From Amoebophrya sp. A120 (Eukaryota > Protista > Dinoflagellata), in contig CAJINV010000001.1 of NCBI GenBank assembly GCA_905178155.1, positions 3,401,675 to 3,465,674 on the forward strand: a stretch of DNA of 64,000 nt, given 5' to 3'. Below are positions 23,168 through 35,400 of the stretch, piece by piece. The translations under genes were made by a program, and so were the position numbers. The notes under the pieces are model-generated. The model saw nothing but the letters and a program-made list of their open reading frames with translations. It was not told the DNA's origin and did no database searches. Positions within the stretch are counted from its first letter, which is position 1. Each line of letters begins with the position of its first letter.

Positions 23168-24718
23168 CTACGGCACCTTTCTATCTCCCACACCACTACT
23201 GCTTCTTCTACTCGTTGAGGGCAAAGTGCGTTGCAGCTCTCGCAGCAGCGACTTTTCTTCCGTGGTACGCGCAAGCCAGGTCAGCGTTGCCAGTATCTCA
23301 TTGCGAAGTGCTCCATTTGCCGGCGCATTCTGCACCAGGAGTTGCAAAAGCGAGCCCCAGGCCGCCTCCTGTGCGACCCTACCCCGAACGGTGGTGCGGC
23401 CCCCGATGAGCCCCAGCACCTGCGGAAGCCGCTGGAGCGCAAGCAGCCGTAAAGGTTGCAGGGTCTCAATGTGTTGGAGCACGTCGAGTAGAAAAAAGAC
23501 AGCCCGGAGTGCGCGGTCACTTCTTTGTTCCATCGCCGCGGCAGGGGACATGAGAAGCGGCCCATCGCTCGGATTCAGGCTCGCTTTCACACGGCTGCTC
23601 GTGCCATCTTCTATACGCGATAAAACTGCGTTCGCCTCGCAGCGCTGCAGCCAAACTCTTCCGGCGGGCGCGGATCCGGCAGCGGGCCTATTAGTAGTTC
23701 TTGACGCCTCAGTAGTAGTTGCAGAATCAACAAGAACGAGCCCGCGCTGTTCCAAAGATCCTTCAGCCGATGGCACGCGTGCCTGCTGCAGGAATCCCGA
23801 TGAAACTGCGTTTTGGTTGCTCCTCAAGTCTTGCTGCTTGTCCTCAGGCACCGTGATCCCCTCTCTACTACTCGCGGGCAACAGAATGGGTGGCTGTTCT
23901 AATACGATGCGTCCCCCGGTAGCCTCGCAGGGCGACAGCAGCGTCCACGCAAGAAGCTCGTCCCGAATGTAATGCCCCAGGAGCATCGGAAAACTCGGCG
24001 CCGCGTACGACTTTCGCGTTAGGCGATAACGAGCTCGCGAGACGACGGGGAGGCTATTGTAGTTGCTCTTTTCTTCGGCATTGACGAACAACCCAAGCGC
24101 GTTTTTCGCCTGGTTGTGCACCTCCCGCCACGGCGGAACAACGGTTGTTTCCTCCGGTACGAACGGCCTCGAGGACGTGCCACCGCGGACCTGAGATTGC
24201 CGCCATCTGCTTCTCGGGTTGGGGCAGAGCAGGTGCGTATCGTCCAGTGCCGCGCAGGTCGGCGATCCGCTGGTGCTGGTGCCTCCGGAGGTCGAGGTTG
24301 ATGTTCTCGCATCGTTACGAGAGCTTTCCGCCGCACGCGTTGTGGATGAAGATGTCGCGAAAGCGAAAGGATCCGCCCCGAACTGATCGTGCCTCTGTTC
24401 ACTACCTCCTGCGCACGTAGCGGGGCAGGTGTTCGCTGTGCCCTGCGAAGGAAAGGCCCTCTCACCTCCCGGCGAATGTCGTTCCAGGTCTTGCTCTCCC
24501 TCCGCGTACAGATCGAGCATCCGAAGCGGAAACGGCCCGAAGTCAGCCGACCGCGTGAGGTGCCACTTCAACGACTGCACGCTGGCACTGGTGGTCGCGC
24601 TCGGGGACACTTCGAATGCGACGGTGTCACCCGTCTGGCAGTCGTAAACAGTCACAAGACAGGCAGACAACAGACTGCCCGCAGCGACCGCAGTCGTTGC
24701 GGCAAGTTGATGAATCAT
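23168..24718 (-). CDS. Hypothetical protein, possible N-terminal ubiquitin-like segment
   Basis: Long GC-rich ORF; first plausible ATG at 24718; LVTVYDCQTGDTVAFEVSPS..VQSLKWHL loosely resembles a Ubl domain. Confidence 0.55.
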   Translation of the reverse strand: MIHQLAATTAVAAGSLLSACLVTVYDCQTGDTVAFEVSPSATTSASVQSLKWHLTRSADFGPFPLRMLDLYAEGEQDLERHSPGGERAFPSQGTANTCPATCAGGSEQRHDQFGADPFAFATSSSTTRAAESSRNDARTSTSTSGGTSTSGSPTCAALDDTHLLCPNPRSRWRQSQVRGGTSSRPFVPEETTVVPPWREVHNQAKNALGLFVNAEEKSNYNSLPVVSRARYRLTRKSYAAPSFPMLLGHYIRDELLAWTLLSPCEATGGRIVLEQPPILLPASSREGITVPEDKQQDLRSNQNAVSSGFLQQARVPSAEGSLEQRGLVLVDSATTTEASRTTNRPAAGSAPAGRVWLQRCEANAVLSRIEDGTSSRVKASLNPSDGPLLMSPAAAMEQRSDRALRAVFFLLDVLQHIETLQPLRLLALQRLPQVLGLIGGRTTVRGRVAQEAAWGSLLQLLVQNAPANGALRNEILATLTWLARTTEEKSLLRELQRTLPSTSRRSSSGVGDRKVP

Positions 24719-25089
24719 ACCTGCCAAGATTTCGTGCGATGAATCATGATGTTGACCCGGTCCAGCAACTTGATTTTTTTTGTCCCTGGGCTGTTCTTGA
24801 TCCAGGATTGATATAGTGATTTCATGTGTAAATATTGTTTTGAATACTTGTCCTGCCCGTCTGCTATGCGTAGAATCGAAAAAAATGTAAGAACCCGAGC
24901 CAAAGGAGCTAAGGCAAAAGAGGCTCCAGTAGAGAAATTTCTGCGCGCGATCGCTCAAACTTCTCCAGGCACTGCACTCGGGGATGAAAGAAAACGCGTG
25001 ATCTGAAAATTGTATATGATGTTCAAAAACCAGTGGCAGCATGCAACAAGCTGCGCAATGATAATAAAGCGACTTGGCATGATGATACT

Positions 25090-26292
25090 TCAATTTCTTT
25101 TTTTGTCCAAGATCTTTTCTATTTTCTTTTCGCCATCTTTCTTTGGCCGACCTAATGCGTAAAACAGGAATCCGCAGAACGTGAGCGCATAGCCGCACCA
25201 GCTCAGCATCGGGACATTTGCGGGAAACAAAAAATGCCCGACCACCGTAGTTGCTAGTTTGTACACCACATTTAAAAACGCCAGCGTTGTGGGGCTGACG
25301 CGCAAGCCGCTGAGAGCGAGCGCGGAAACGCCGAACAAGGCTGCGAAAGCGCCGGTCAAGAGAAACAGCGGGAGGATGAAAAGCATCGGCGCAGTCGACG
25401 TTATTTCTCCTGCTGGTCCCATAGTTGTGCTACCACTGTTCATCGTCCCTTGTACCCGATCAAGGACCGCAATTCCGTCTGCGCGCAGCAAATGGAGAGC
25501 ATGCTGCTGGTCTTCAAATACCGTGGAGAGCGCCAGCAGCATCGGCTGCATCACCGTTATGCGGATGCAGTTCACCGTGGACGCACTTTGTTCCGCGGCT
25601 AACTTCCGCATGGTCGTGGACTCCAGGATGTTCACCAAGGCGCTGAGCAGCAGGTTCGCGATGACGAAGAACAGACCGAAGTTTGCTTGAAAAAGGACCG
25701 AATTCGTTGCCGTGAGGGTTGAGGTGGAGGTGTTTGCTGCTTGTTCTGCTGTAGTAGTTTTGGTCGTGTTGTTGCTTGATGTAACAAGCGCCTTATTCTC
25801 ATAATCCCCGGTAGTTGTGTTCTGTACGGCATGCGCCGCTGTCGGCGGATCGAACACCGTGTACAGAAGGGACCCCCCCAACCCGCACACCAGCCCCAGT
25901 TTCGCGCTGTTGTGAAAGGTCGCCCCCAAGACGAGCGAATCAAGCAGCGCGACGACGATGGGGGTCAAATTCCTAAAAGCCACGACCAGAGGCACCGACG
26001 CGAAGCGCAGAGCGACGATGGAGGTCGACAAGACGAGACTGGTTGCGACCCCGACGGCGAGGCAACTCCGGAAGTGCGCCCACCGCATGGACCTTAGCTT
26101 CTTGTACAAAGACTGGCCGTCCTGTATCCTGATCAGCAGGGCGCAAATGAGGAAACACACCGCGTTTTGGAGAAGGATGGTGGTGAAGGGAAAGGGAAAA
26201 ACTAGCGCGAGTTTTTTGTTGCCCATCATCATGGTCACGGACGCCACGCCGTTAAAAACGCAAAGCAGCACCGTCAGCGTGAAGCGGTCCAT
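25090..26292 (-). CDS. Nucleotide-sugar / triose-phosphate transporter family (DMT) membrane protein
   Basis: NKKLA..FPFPFTTILLQN, ALRFASVPLVVAFRNLTP, SPTT..LNVVYK; about 9-10 hydrophobic segments. Confidence 0.8.
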   Translation of the reverse strand: MDRFTLTVLLCVFNGVASVTMMMGNKKLALVFPFPFTTILLQNAVCFLICALLIRIQDGQSLYKKLRSMRWAHFRSCLAVGVATSLVLSTSIVALRFASVPLVVAFRNLTPIVVALLDSLVLGATFHNSAKLGLVCGLGGSLLYTVFDPPTAAHAVQNTTTGDYENKALVTSSNNTTKTTTAEQAANTSTSTLTATNSVLFQANFGLFFVIANLLLSALVNILESTTMRKLAAEQSASTVNCIRITVMQPMLLALSTVFEDQQHALHLLRADGIAVLDRVQGTMNSGSTTMGPAGEITSTAPMLFILPLFLLTGAFAALFGVSALALSGLRVSPTTLAFLNVVYKLATTVVGHFLFPANVPMLSWCGYALTFCGFLFYALGRPKKDGEKKIEKILDKKRN

Positions 26293-26746
26293 CTTTTTCG
26301 CTTTTTTTCGCTTCTGGAAAAGTACTAGGTAGAAGTCAGGTGCTTTAGGGCAAAGAGACTACGTTCTGCTGCTGGCCACATGCGATGAAAATCTTGATCG
26401 CTTACAACTTTAGCAGAGAGAAGAGCTTTTCGAGATGGATCACATGAACCACGAACGCGATCTTCACCCACCTTACCTTACCGAAAAAAAAAACGCTTAT
26501 AAGCTCCTGAGGGCACGGGATGTAAAACAGAAAGCGGAGCATGCATCATCATTGACGAGTCGCCAGTTCTGAACGTATGAAATATTTCCCCCAATGAACA
26601 ACACTCCTGGTCGTAAGCAAGGGACATTACGGGGTATGAGAAAGTGGTGCATGCTGTGCTTCAAAATTGTATCTGCAAATCGCTATGTGTAGTTGACTGA
26701 ACTCGTCCTGTGTTCTCAATCGGAATGAAAAGCCTGAACCCTTCCT

Positions 26747-28326
26747 TCATGTGCCAAAATCTCGGGCCAAAATGTCCCTGATATCGTTGCATCTCATCGC
26801 GGTCGGGCCTTGCATTCTGCTCAGCTTTACGCTGCGTGCGAGCCTTTTCACCAGGGCATAAAGCCCGGAAAACTCGTCGCGACCACACTCCACAATGATT
26901 CCAAGCCTTTTGTACTCCTTGACGATCCGCAGCAAGGCTGCCGCAAACTTCTCCGCGACCGCTTCGTGCGCCGCGTTTTCCAACTCGTCGCACAATCTGG
27001 GCAAAACGCGGCGAAGCACCCTCGGGTCGGGAATCCGCTTTTGGAGGGACAACACCGGCAACAGCGAAAGAAGCGTTCCGGTATCCGCGTAGAGGCAGTG
27101 CTCCACAAACGTATTCGGGTCCAGCAACTTGTAGTTCTGGAGTTTCATCAGTCTTTTTTGGAGCAACCCCACGTATTGGCTGGCCTGCGTTCCGGTAAGC
27201 AGCGCTGCTTTCCATGCGCTCGGGTCCGGCGGCTGTGGTTCGCCGAAGGCGTAAGGGTTTTGGGTGTGATGCAAGTGCGGTGGATTGGTGATGTCGGTCG
27301 GATCCATCTTCCGCACGTTGCTAGTACTCATATCTTCGAGCATCTGCATGTAGGTTGGTGGGGTTTCTTCCTCGCTCGTTGTTGCTGTATTCTGTGCTGT
27401 TGTGTCTGGTATTCTCATATTTTCATTTTCCGCGAGCGTGCCCGCTTGAAAGATAGCTGCCGCTGGGTCCGACGCTCGTCTTCGCAGTCCTAGCGCTGCT
27501 GTTCCGCCTTCTGGCAATCTCCTCGAATCATGATCGAACGACGGGGGCCGCAGGTTGCGGTGTGTAGTTTCCGGGAATGAAATTTCTCCTCCCAACACCA
27601 ACCTGCTTCGCGCTTCTTCTCCCCCGGCTTTTGCAGTCGCCGTGTTCTCGCAGTCCGCAAACTGGCTCGAAGAGGAACTTGAGCCACCAGAAGCGGCGCA
27701 GTTGTCCAAGCGGCGCGCGTTTCCTGTTGCGAAGGCAGTAGCTGGGGTCGACTTGGGCTGTGCCGTGTCGTTGACGAAGGGCTGCCGAGTGGGCTGTGTG
27801 TTGAAGGGTTGCTGTGCCGGCGTGTCGTACGCTATCACATTCGTCAAACGGGTGCTAGACCATCCTGGGTTGTATGAGAAGGAAAACACATCTCCGACGC
27901 TGCCCCGCGGGAGCTGAAACTCCAACGCAACCCAAGTGTGTACCTGGGGAAAAGTTAAAGCTGATGTTACCGTCGTGTGGGCAACTGCTTCATAAATTTC
28001 CCGGCGCTCTCACCGCTCGTGCTGCAAGAGCCCCGTCCTCAGCATGTAACGAAGATTTTTGCAAAAGCGATTCAAGAACTGCTCACGCAATAAAATCTCA
28101 GTAGAAAGAACCGAAGCAAACAAATAAGTACCCCGAACCCTGCAGTCACTTTGCAGCCCTTACAAGCGATAGCGCGCGCTCGTGAATTCGGGCCCATGAC
28201 CGTGATCACCGCCTCGCGGGGGCGCAGCGGGTCCCCAACGACGTCCACATCGAGGGATAGCGAGTTGCCATTTCGGTTGGCTTTCACCACGGTGCAGTAG
28301 TTCGCGCCATTCAGCCGGGACTCCAT
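26747..28326 (-). CDS. Hypothetical protein, 2 exons (intron ~27944-28130)
   Basis: MESRLNG..KVTAGFG joins via GT-AG to VHTWVALEFQLPRG of ORF 26747..27925. Confidence 0.6.
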
Positions 28327-28824
28327 GGTTTCAAAAAATTTATTGTCTGCAACAACTCTATTAATCAGGCACATGTCTTATTCCGGGTTGTGGACGGGAA
28401 AGCTAGACTTCTATCTTATGCTTCGTAAATTTATTTCTTCGTGAAAGATCGAGCGTCTGCTCGTCCCAGCTAGCAAACAATTGTGCACCACGGCTATGAC
28501 TCGTACAAGTTTTTTTACAGAAAATAAACACCACACAACTATTTAGAGCGCCGTTCTGAATCCCACACCCAAATAAAGCCACGTTGTCAGAACTCCGAAC
28601 ACTACAGGGAAACTGGCTTCTCGTTTCCGAAGAAAGCCTAGCTGCAGAGGTGCCATGTTGGTTGCAGAGGTGCTACGTCGTCCTGCAACTTGAAACTTGA
28701 AACAGGGTTGCAAAACCAAAACGTGCGCGCAGAATACGTACTTAACCTCTTCAAATCATCCGCAGTAATTCGGGCACAAAGTAAACCTTCACACCTCTTC
28801 CAAGCCCTGTGCCGCCGTAAGTAC

Positions 28825-29970
28825 CTAGGTGCTCGCGGAAGACACCCAGAGGGTCAGGAAGAATAGGCCGAGACTGATGAAGGAAGTGACCACTGCGACG
28901 ATGAAGCAGTGGTACTGGGTCAGCAACGGGGTCCGATAGACGCGTCGCTTCTTCCCTAGAACTTTGGGAATGCGGCCCCCGATCGGGTCGGGCTCGAGGA
29001 GCCCCAGCTCCCCGGGCGGGCTGTCCGGAGCAGGTCCACCTCTCGTCCCGGAACCATTGGCAGATTTGCGCTTACCTCCTTCCTCGTCGGAGTTTTCCTC
29101 CCCGTCGCTACTCCCGGGCCCATCGCGCTCAAGCGCCTTCTGCAGGCGTGGAGCACTCTCCTGGCCGTAATTGCGGTCCTCGTGGGCGGCTCCGATGCCT
29201 CCCGACGGTCGCCGCCGGGGTTCGCTTTTCGGCGAGGGGATCGGGGATTCGAACGCTTTTGGGTCATCGGGACCCGTGCGACGGACGGGCGGAGCCGCCA
29301 CGATCGCGTCGAAGACGTCGGTGGTTTGAATTTCGGCCGGTTCCATGGGGAGAGCGGAAGTTGTGTCCGTCATGCCATTTCCCGCTAGTGCCGCCGCAGC
29401 TTGCACAGCCGCGGGGTCAGCGGATAACAGTTCGTGCAGAAACGACTGCTTCTTCGCCTCATCCATGCTCCGAAGGTACTTCAAAAGCCCGGCCGACTCT
29501 TCGCTGGGTGCGGTTCGCGGTCTCGGGGGGTTGTCGCGGTGGACTCGTTGCGCCGACCGCGGAGAAAGGTCCCCGTCTTGTTTGAAATCGGGTACGGAGC
29601 GCGGGAGGACAAACGTCGACTTTCCACCCCCGCCCGGGGACTGCGGCGGCGAAAAACTCGTGGCCGCGACCAGTCTTGTGTCCTTCGACGCTCTACTACC
29701 GCTGCGCGAATGGGGCTGCTCCGCGCGGCCGCGAGAGGGACTCGACTTCTGGATGGTGCCATCCTGTTCGTTCCGGTCCATTGGAATCGCGAACACCGCT
29801 GCGTCGTCATAGTCCGAGCGCCAGGCACTGTACTTATCACGCTTTGGCTCGGTGTATTTTGTTTGCCGCGCCTTCCGCCGCGCTTTTGCGTACTTCCCGC
29901 CTCCGAAGAACGCCTCTAGCCGCGCAGAAGCGGGACGCTCCGTGCCCGCTGCGGAACGGGTATCGTTCAT
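28825..29970 (-). CDS. Hypothetical tail-anchored membrane protein
   Basis: 381-aa ORF, disordered body, single C-terminal hydrophobic helix. Confidence 0.65.
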   Translation of the reverse strand: MNDTRSAAGTERPASARLEAFFGGGKYAKARRKARQTKYTEPKRDKYSAWRSDYDDAAVFAIPMDRNEQDGTIQKSSPSRGRAEQPHSRSGSRASKDTRLVAATSFSPPQSPGGGGKSTFVLPRSVPDFKQDGDLSPRSAQRVHRDNPPRPRTAPSEESAGLLKYLRSMDEAKKQSFLHELLSADPAAVQAAAALAGNGMTDTTSALPMEPAEIQTTDVFDAIVAAPPVRRTGPDDPKAFESPIPSPKSEPRRRPSGGIGAAHEDRNYGQESAPRLQKALERDGPGSSDGEENSDEEGGKRKSANGSGTRGGPAPDSPPGELGLLEPDPIGGRIPKVLGKKRRVYRTPLLTQYHCFIVAVVTSFISLGLFFLTLWVSSAST

Positions 29971-30824
29971 ATTGTTTCTACCGTATTTGAAAGAATCTTT
30001 ATCAAGCGGAAGCTACAGTTTAAGTGTCCGGCGTGTTTTCGATGCAGGTCTACTCGAGAAGCATCCCGTGCCGGGCGATCGCGCAGGAACTCGAACTCGG
30101 CGTGTGCATCTCGCTCGTAGAAAACTCACACACTCACATCTGCGATTTGCTTTTCTCTCAAATGCCCGCCCTGCGAGAACGACAGAGCAGCTTTGAAGCG
30201 CTGTATCCCTCGTGGTAAGAGCTGCGGCGGAGCGACGGCCGCCTGGCCTATTCAGTCAAAGAAGTACGCGAGAGCGAGCGAACTACGACACCCTTGTCCG
30301 ACCGCCCCCCCCCGCCGGCGTCGTTTCCCGCACTGCGAACGCTTGCCCGTTCCGCCCGCGCGGCTACCCATCCCGCAGCCGCGGTTTCTGCGCGTACGCG
30401 ACGCGCAACGGGCCGGCAAGCGCAATAGACAAAGAAGACCACCGCGGTATGCCCTTGGAGCGATTACGCGTCACCCCTTGGTAATATAGGACTGATCGGG
30501 ATCGCACAGGTAGCCATATGCGGAGGCAGTACTGGACTATGCAGATGCGAAGCATGTAAGGGCCCATGGTAGACTAGGCAGCTGGACCAGCAACGGTGCT
30601 TGGGGGGTGTAGTTCCTGTTTTCCAGACAGCTTAGCTAGTGCCTATAGAGGTGGATGGATCACCACTCGGAGAAACGAAAAAAAGTCGGGCCTGGAAAAA
30701 GTGTCGAATACTGCTTTCGACGCATCCGCTCAACGAAATACACACCATATATGTAAAATTAAGCAGATTGCATCTGTTGTCAGACTGTTAAAACTCATGC
30801 AAATCATGAAACTCCACAAAATCA

Positions 30825-31500
30825 AGTCACTTGAAAATTTTTCAGAAATTTAAAGCAATCAGATGCTGGATATGTGGCCCATAATATTTACCATCTGGGC
30901 TGTCAGCAACTATGTATCACAATATCTGTTCCGATTATGCCAATCCCAAAGCCTGCAATTGTAAAAATGAACCATTTTCAGATTTTCAGAAAAATCGGAA
31001 AATTTGAAAAATTTTGAATACTCGATAAAATCATGCAAAACCATTGGAAAATGCGCTTTGAATTCTACAGGTCAGCATCAGAGTGCGATATATTAGTAAA
31101 GTGAGGAACAGTCTTCACTTAGAAGCAATTCTTCTACCACTTTCAAAATTTTGAAAAAATTTGAAAATTTTTCCGTGCAAAGTTTTGAAGTAATTTTACG
31201 AATCCATATAATTAACGACGCACATTGTAAAAGTTCCATGTCAGTCCGACAGGAGAAACACTTGTAGACTTCCTTATATCTGGGAAAATGAAAACACTAC
31301 AAAATTTGAAAAATTTTGAAAAATTCCAATGTTCGAAATTGAGTAAATTTTGTGTCTTATATACAATAAAAAATATGAGGATTCTAAGAGAGGGATCATC
31401 GACATGCTGACGCACGCACTTGGCTTCCTTATAACGTGCATTCATCGCCTCTTTTGAAAAAATTAAAAATTTTCAAAAATTTTAGAAAAACTCCAAAATG
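30825..31500. repeat. AT-rich block with five clusters of phased (aaattttgaa)-like A/T tracts
   Basis: Clusters at ~30831, ~30990, ~31141, ~31301, ~31452. Confidence 0.7.
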
Positions 31501-32428
31501 GCATAAATCTCTTTACCAACACATAAAAGCACTCACGTAGGTGCTCAAATGTGTCACATGAGACAAATTATCACAGTACAACGCTGCCGGATCTGCTTGT
31601 CCAACCCAGAAGGAAATGTTCGCAAAATTTCAAGCGTCGACCTTCTTCCTCAGGCACCCCTTTTCTGGCCAAAGACCACCAGACTATGGTGGGTCGTCCT
31701 GTCCAAAACAATGAAGCAACAAGGTGCCGGCCTCCCACAGCTAGAGCCAGCCTGCCTGTAGTGATCGCGCACCCATCACGCACCACCGACGCACGTCCGG
31801 GCCCGCCGGCCGCGCTGGGTCCCTGGTTTCAGCGCGTGGAACCCGGGCGGAAGGCGAGCCACCCCCCGGGCGCAGCTCGTCGCGCGTATACGGGGGTCGC
31901 GTAGTGGGTATTGGCGCCCCCAACAATGGGCCGTGACGGTCGCACTTTTGTCGCAATAGGCTGCTTTGCCGGGGAGCTAGAAAAATACCCCAGCTGTTCG
32001 AGTCTGGCCAGCTTTCGCGGTACTGACGCGCGGTAATGCGGCGGCGCTTGTCGCACCGCCACGAGACTTGCTGTTGTTCGTAGTGTTTGTTGTTTGCGCT
32101 CCGCTTCTTTCGCTGGCCACCCGCGTGGCGCAGGTGGGCGCGATTCGTCCAGCACCCCTGACGCTAGTACGATACCTTCGCGGCGAGGGTCGCGGGGCGT
32201 TTACTATCCGAGAGAGCTCCTCAAGACTACGTGCACAAAATCAGAAGTCGTCTCCGCTAGGAAAGACGATGCGCGCCGGTTTACAAGCCGCGCGCCGCGT
32301 GTAGTTATTTATGTAGAATCAGCGCAGGTTCGTGTTGCGCCTTCGCGACACACGAGACCGCACAGAAGGCGCCTCTGCGTCTACGACGCCCTCAGCACCC
32401 GCGTCGACACCCCCTGACTCTGCAGGAT

Positions 32429-35400
32429 ATGGCCGCGGTTTCCGAGAAGATACTGGCGCCCCGGCGCTCGGTAACCGCCCCGGCGGAGCTGCTGAGCAAA
32501 GTAGCGAGTCTCGAGGGCGGGAGCCGGCCCGGCAACCGCTCCTCGCTGTTCGCGCTGCAGCGGGCCAAGACCCGCGACTTGGCCGCGGCGCTCGCGGAGG
32601 CCGACGACCAGTCGCCCGAGGAGATGCACGAGAACCATAACACCTACCCCATCGCCCTCGTCGTGTTCACCATTGTGATCGGAGTCGTTTGCGGCGCGGC
32701 CACCGCCTTCTTCCACACCATCATTGCGCTCAGCGGCTGTGCCTTGAGCATCAACGGGTGCAGCAGCTACTCCAAATTCGCGGGCATCGATGGGTACTTG
32801 CTTCGGGAAACCGACCTTAGCATCTACGTCTGGTCCATAATTTGCTGCACGTCCGCCGGGCTCATCGTCGGCGTGTTCTACGCTATGGTGCCGAAAAAAA
32901 TTCTGGCGCACATCAAAGGCGGCGGGACCACCGAGGCGCTCATCGCCACCGCGCGAGGCGACGTCATCCCGGTGTTCCCCCAGGTAAGGGCAAGGTCTTC
33001 GTATCTTCTGATGTGCAATCTACGTCGGGACACCACCCGGGATGCTATTAACTGTCTTGGTGATCGTCTGCAGATGCAGTTTTGCAAACTTAACAAAACC
33101 AAAACAGGGCCTGTGCCGAATGGTCATTACCGCGCTTTATTTGGGAGCGGGACACTCGCTTGGAGGAGAGGGCCCGACGATCCACCTCTGCACGTCGATT
33201 TCGACCACCGTCGGCCAAATTTGCGGTACAGCCTCTTTCAGGCAAAAAAGTATGTGAATTTGATGGATTCGTCGAAGCAGCTACCGTCAAGCGATGACGG
33301 AGTCACCAACATTTCTCAAACTAAAACAGGCCTGCGCACGCCAAAGCTGATGAGCATTCTGTGCGTCCTCGGGATGACCGCGGGGCTGGCCGCGGCCTTC
33401 AACTGCCCGGTGGCCGCGATAGTGTACGCGATGGAAGATTTGGGCCCGTTGACCGGGTCGCTGTCCCGTCCCCTGATCGGACTGATGTCGGTCGGCAGCG
33501 TGTTCGCAACGCTGACACTGCGGCTCGGCTTCCACGACCACCAAATGGTGCACTTGAATCTGAAAACCGCCAACATGGCTGACCCCGAGTTCCAGATTCT
33601 GTCGCTCCTGTTCGGCGGCGCGATCGGACTCATCTGCGGCGCCACCGGAAAGCTGCTGAGCAGTAGTTTGCTTTGGCTGCGCGCGAAATTCAAGCGGTTG
33701 ACCCGGCCGGCGAAGAATGGGGAAGATGGAGCAAGGTCTGAAAGCGAAGAGACGCGCTCCTCCAGCAGTAGCACCGATCAGAGCATCAGCGAAGAACAGG
33801 ATCCGATCTCGCGCTCCGCAAGCAACAACAGCAAATCGGATAGAGAAAACAATAACATCAAACAACAGGACTCCTCGTCCCGCAGCGGGACGGAGAGCGG
33901 GAGCAGCAGTGGCAAGAAGACCGGGAAAATCTCTATCAACGTCACGTCCTGCGCGGCGACGGAAAACAGTAGTAGCACAGCAGTAGACCACCTGCCGAAG
34001 TTGCCCAGCCACGCGGGTGGAGGCAACTCAACCACCCGGGCGTTCCACACACTACTGACCTCCGCGACGGAGATGAAAACTGCGCTGAAGTGCCGGTTCG
34101 TTTGTCCGCCCAGTCCAATCAAGGAGGGCTCGCGGGAAAACAGCACGGTGACCGGTAGTGTGCGAGACAAGCATTCCGTGTTTGAGTACTACGATAAGAA
34201 ACTGGCGCGGAGGAGAAGCAGTAGAAACAACTCGCTCGTGATCCACTTAGGCACGTCCCCGGGACAACATCCGAGTGAGGCAAGGACCTCCCCAACGGCC
34301 TCGCCGCAGGAACACGTATCGGTTCTCCCGCCGGGGACTCCAACGCACCATTTTCAGCCAGGCCACAACGAAGATCAGATAACGACCAGAGATGCTGGTT
34401 TTGTCCAGCAAGAACCCCACCAGCAGCTCCCGGACTTGTGGCCGCCTTTACATTCCGCGGGGCACTACAATTTGACCTGCGAAAAGTCGGGCTGTCTGAG
34501 CCTGCCCCCGAGCGAGGACGATCGGCATTGCACGCGCGGGATGAGCGCCAGTTCGGCGGTGAACATACTTGGGTCGGTTCCGGAATCAGTGACCAGCTCC
34601 TGCGAGGAACAACCGCAATATGAAGATCATGCGGCTCACCAGGAGATGAAAGGAGTCTCCCACTTTCACCAAGCTTCTCGCGAGCAGCAGTCGCCGGGAA
34701 AAGAACCACGACGTCCGGACTCCGCGCAGTCTAACGATCGAAAAGGGCAGCTGGGAAGTAGTAGTAGTAGTAGCAGCAGTAGCGTGATGATAGTCAATAC
34801 CCCACCGGGTGGACTACCCGCTAACAAGTCAACACAAGCAGTGAGGTTTTCACCGGACGAGGGACAAGAAAACAACTATCCCAGTCCGGACACAACGGTC
34901 GGGAACAAATCGAACCTGGGCAACGAGGAGTTACTTGCGAAGTCGCCGGGGAAAACTTCCTCCGGCCGACGCGCTGGAGAGCTCAATAGTAGACTCGGGA
35001 AGACCATAGACTGGCGACCGGAGAAAGAAGCAAAGTGGCTGGTGTTTGCCTTCACCACCACCAGTTTTTTGACCGCCGCCATCGGTTGTTTCAGTTACTA
35101 CACGACGGGCTTGAAAGGTACGTGGGGAATCGGGACCGCTTCTTTGCAGCGCTTCTTCGATTTCCATGCAGAGGAGTGCGATTTATCGGCCGGGGAGTGC
35201 GAATACCATAAACTAGAACCACGGCCGGGAAGGACGTCGGATTTTTTGACAGGTAAGTAAATTCTTGCAGGCTTTTTTTCTGAAAGAATCACGTGCGACT
35301 TTGACTTTTCTATATTTTCGTACGGTTCACTGCTATGCAATTTGTGCATAGTCGAAGCTTGAAGAGCATCTACTTCGACGCCATCGCTCCTAAATCAGGC

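Noticed and set aside
24719-25198. N-terminal ~160 aa of ORF 23168..25198
   Set aside because: Overlaps the 3' end of the transporter gene and AT-rich intergenic DNA; the start is more plausibly at 24718.
30200-32400. GC-rich non-coding flanks as RNA genes or a large transposon
   Set aside because: No rRNA/tRNA motifs, terminal repeats or credible ORF could be identified by eye.
32429-35260. 943-aa ORF as the true CLC protein
   Set aside because: It reads through two GT-AG introns by chance; the GGEGP motif is in another frame (33042..33257).
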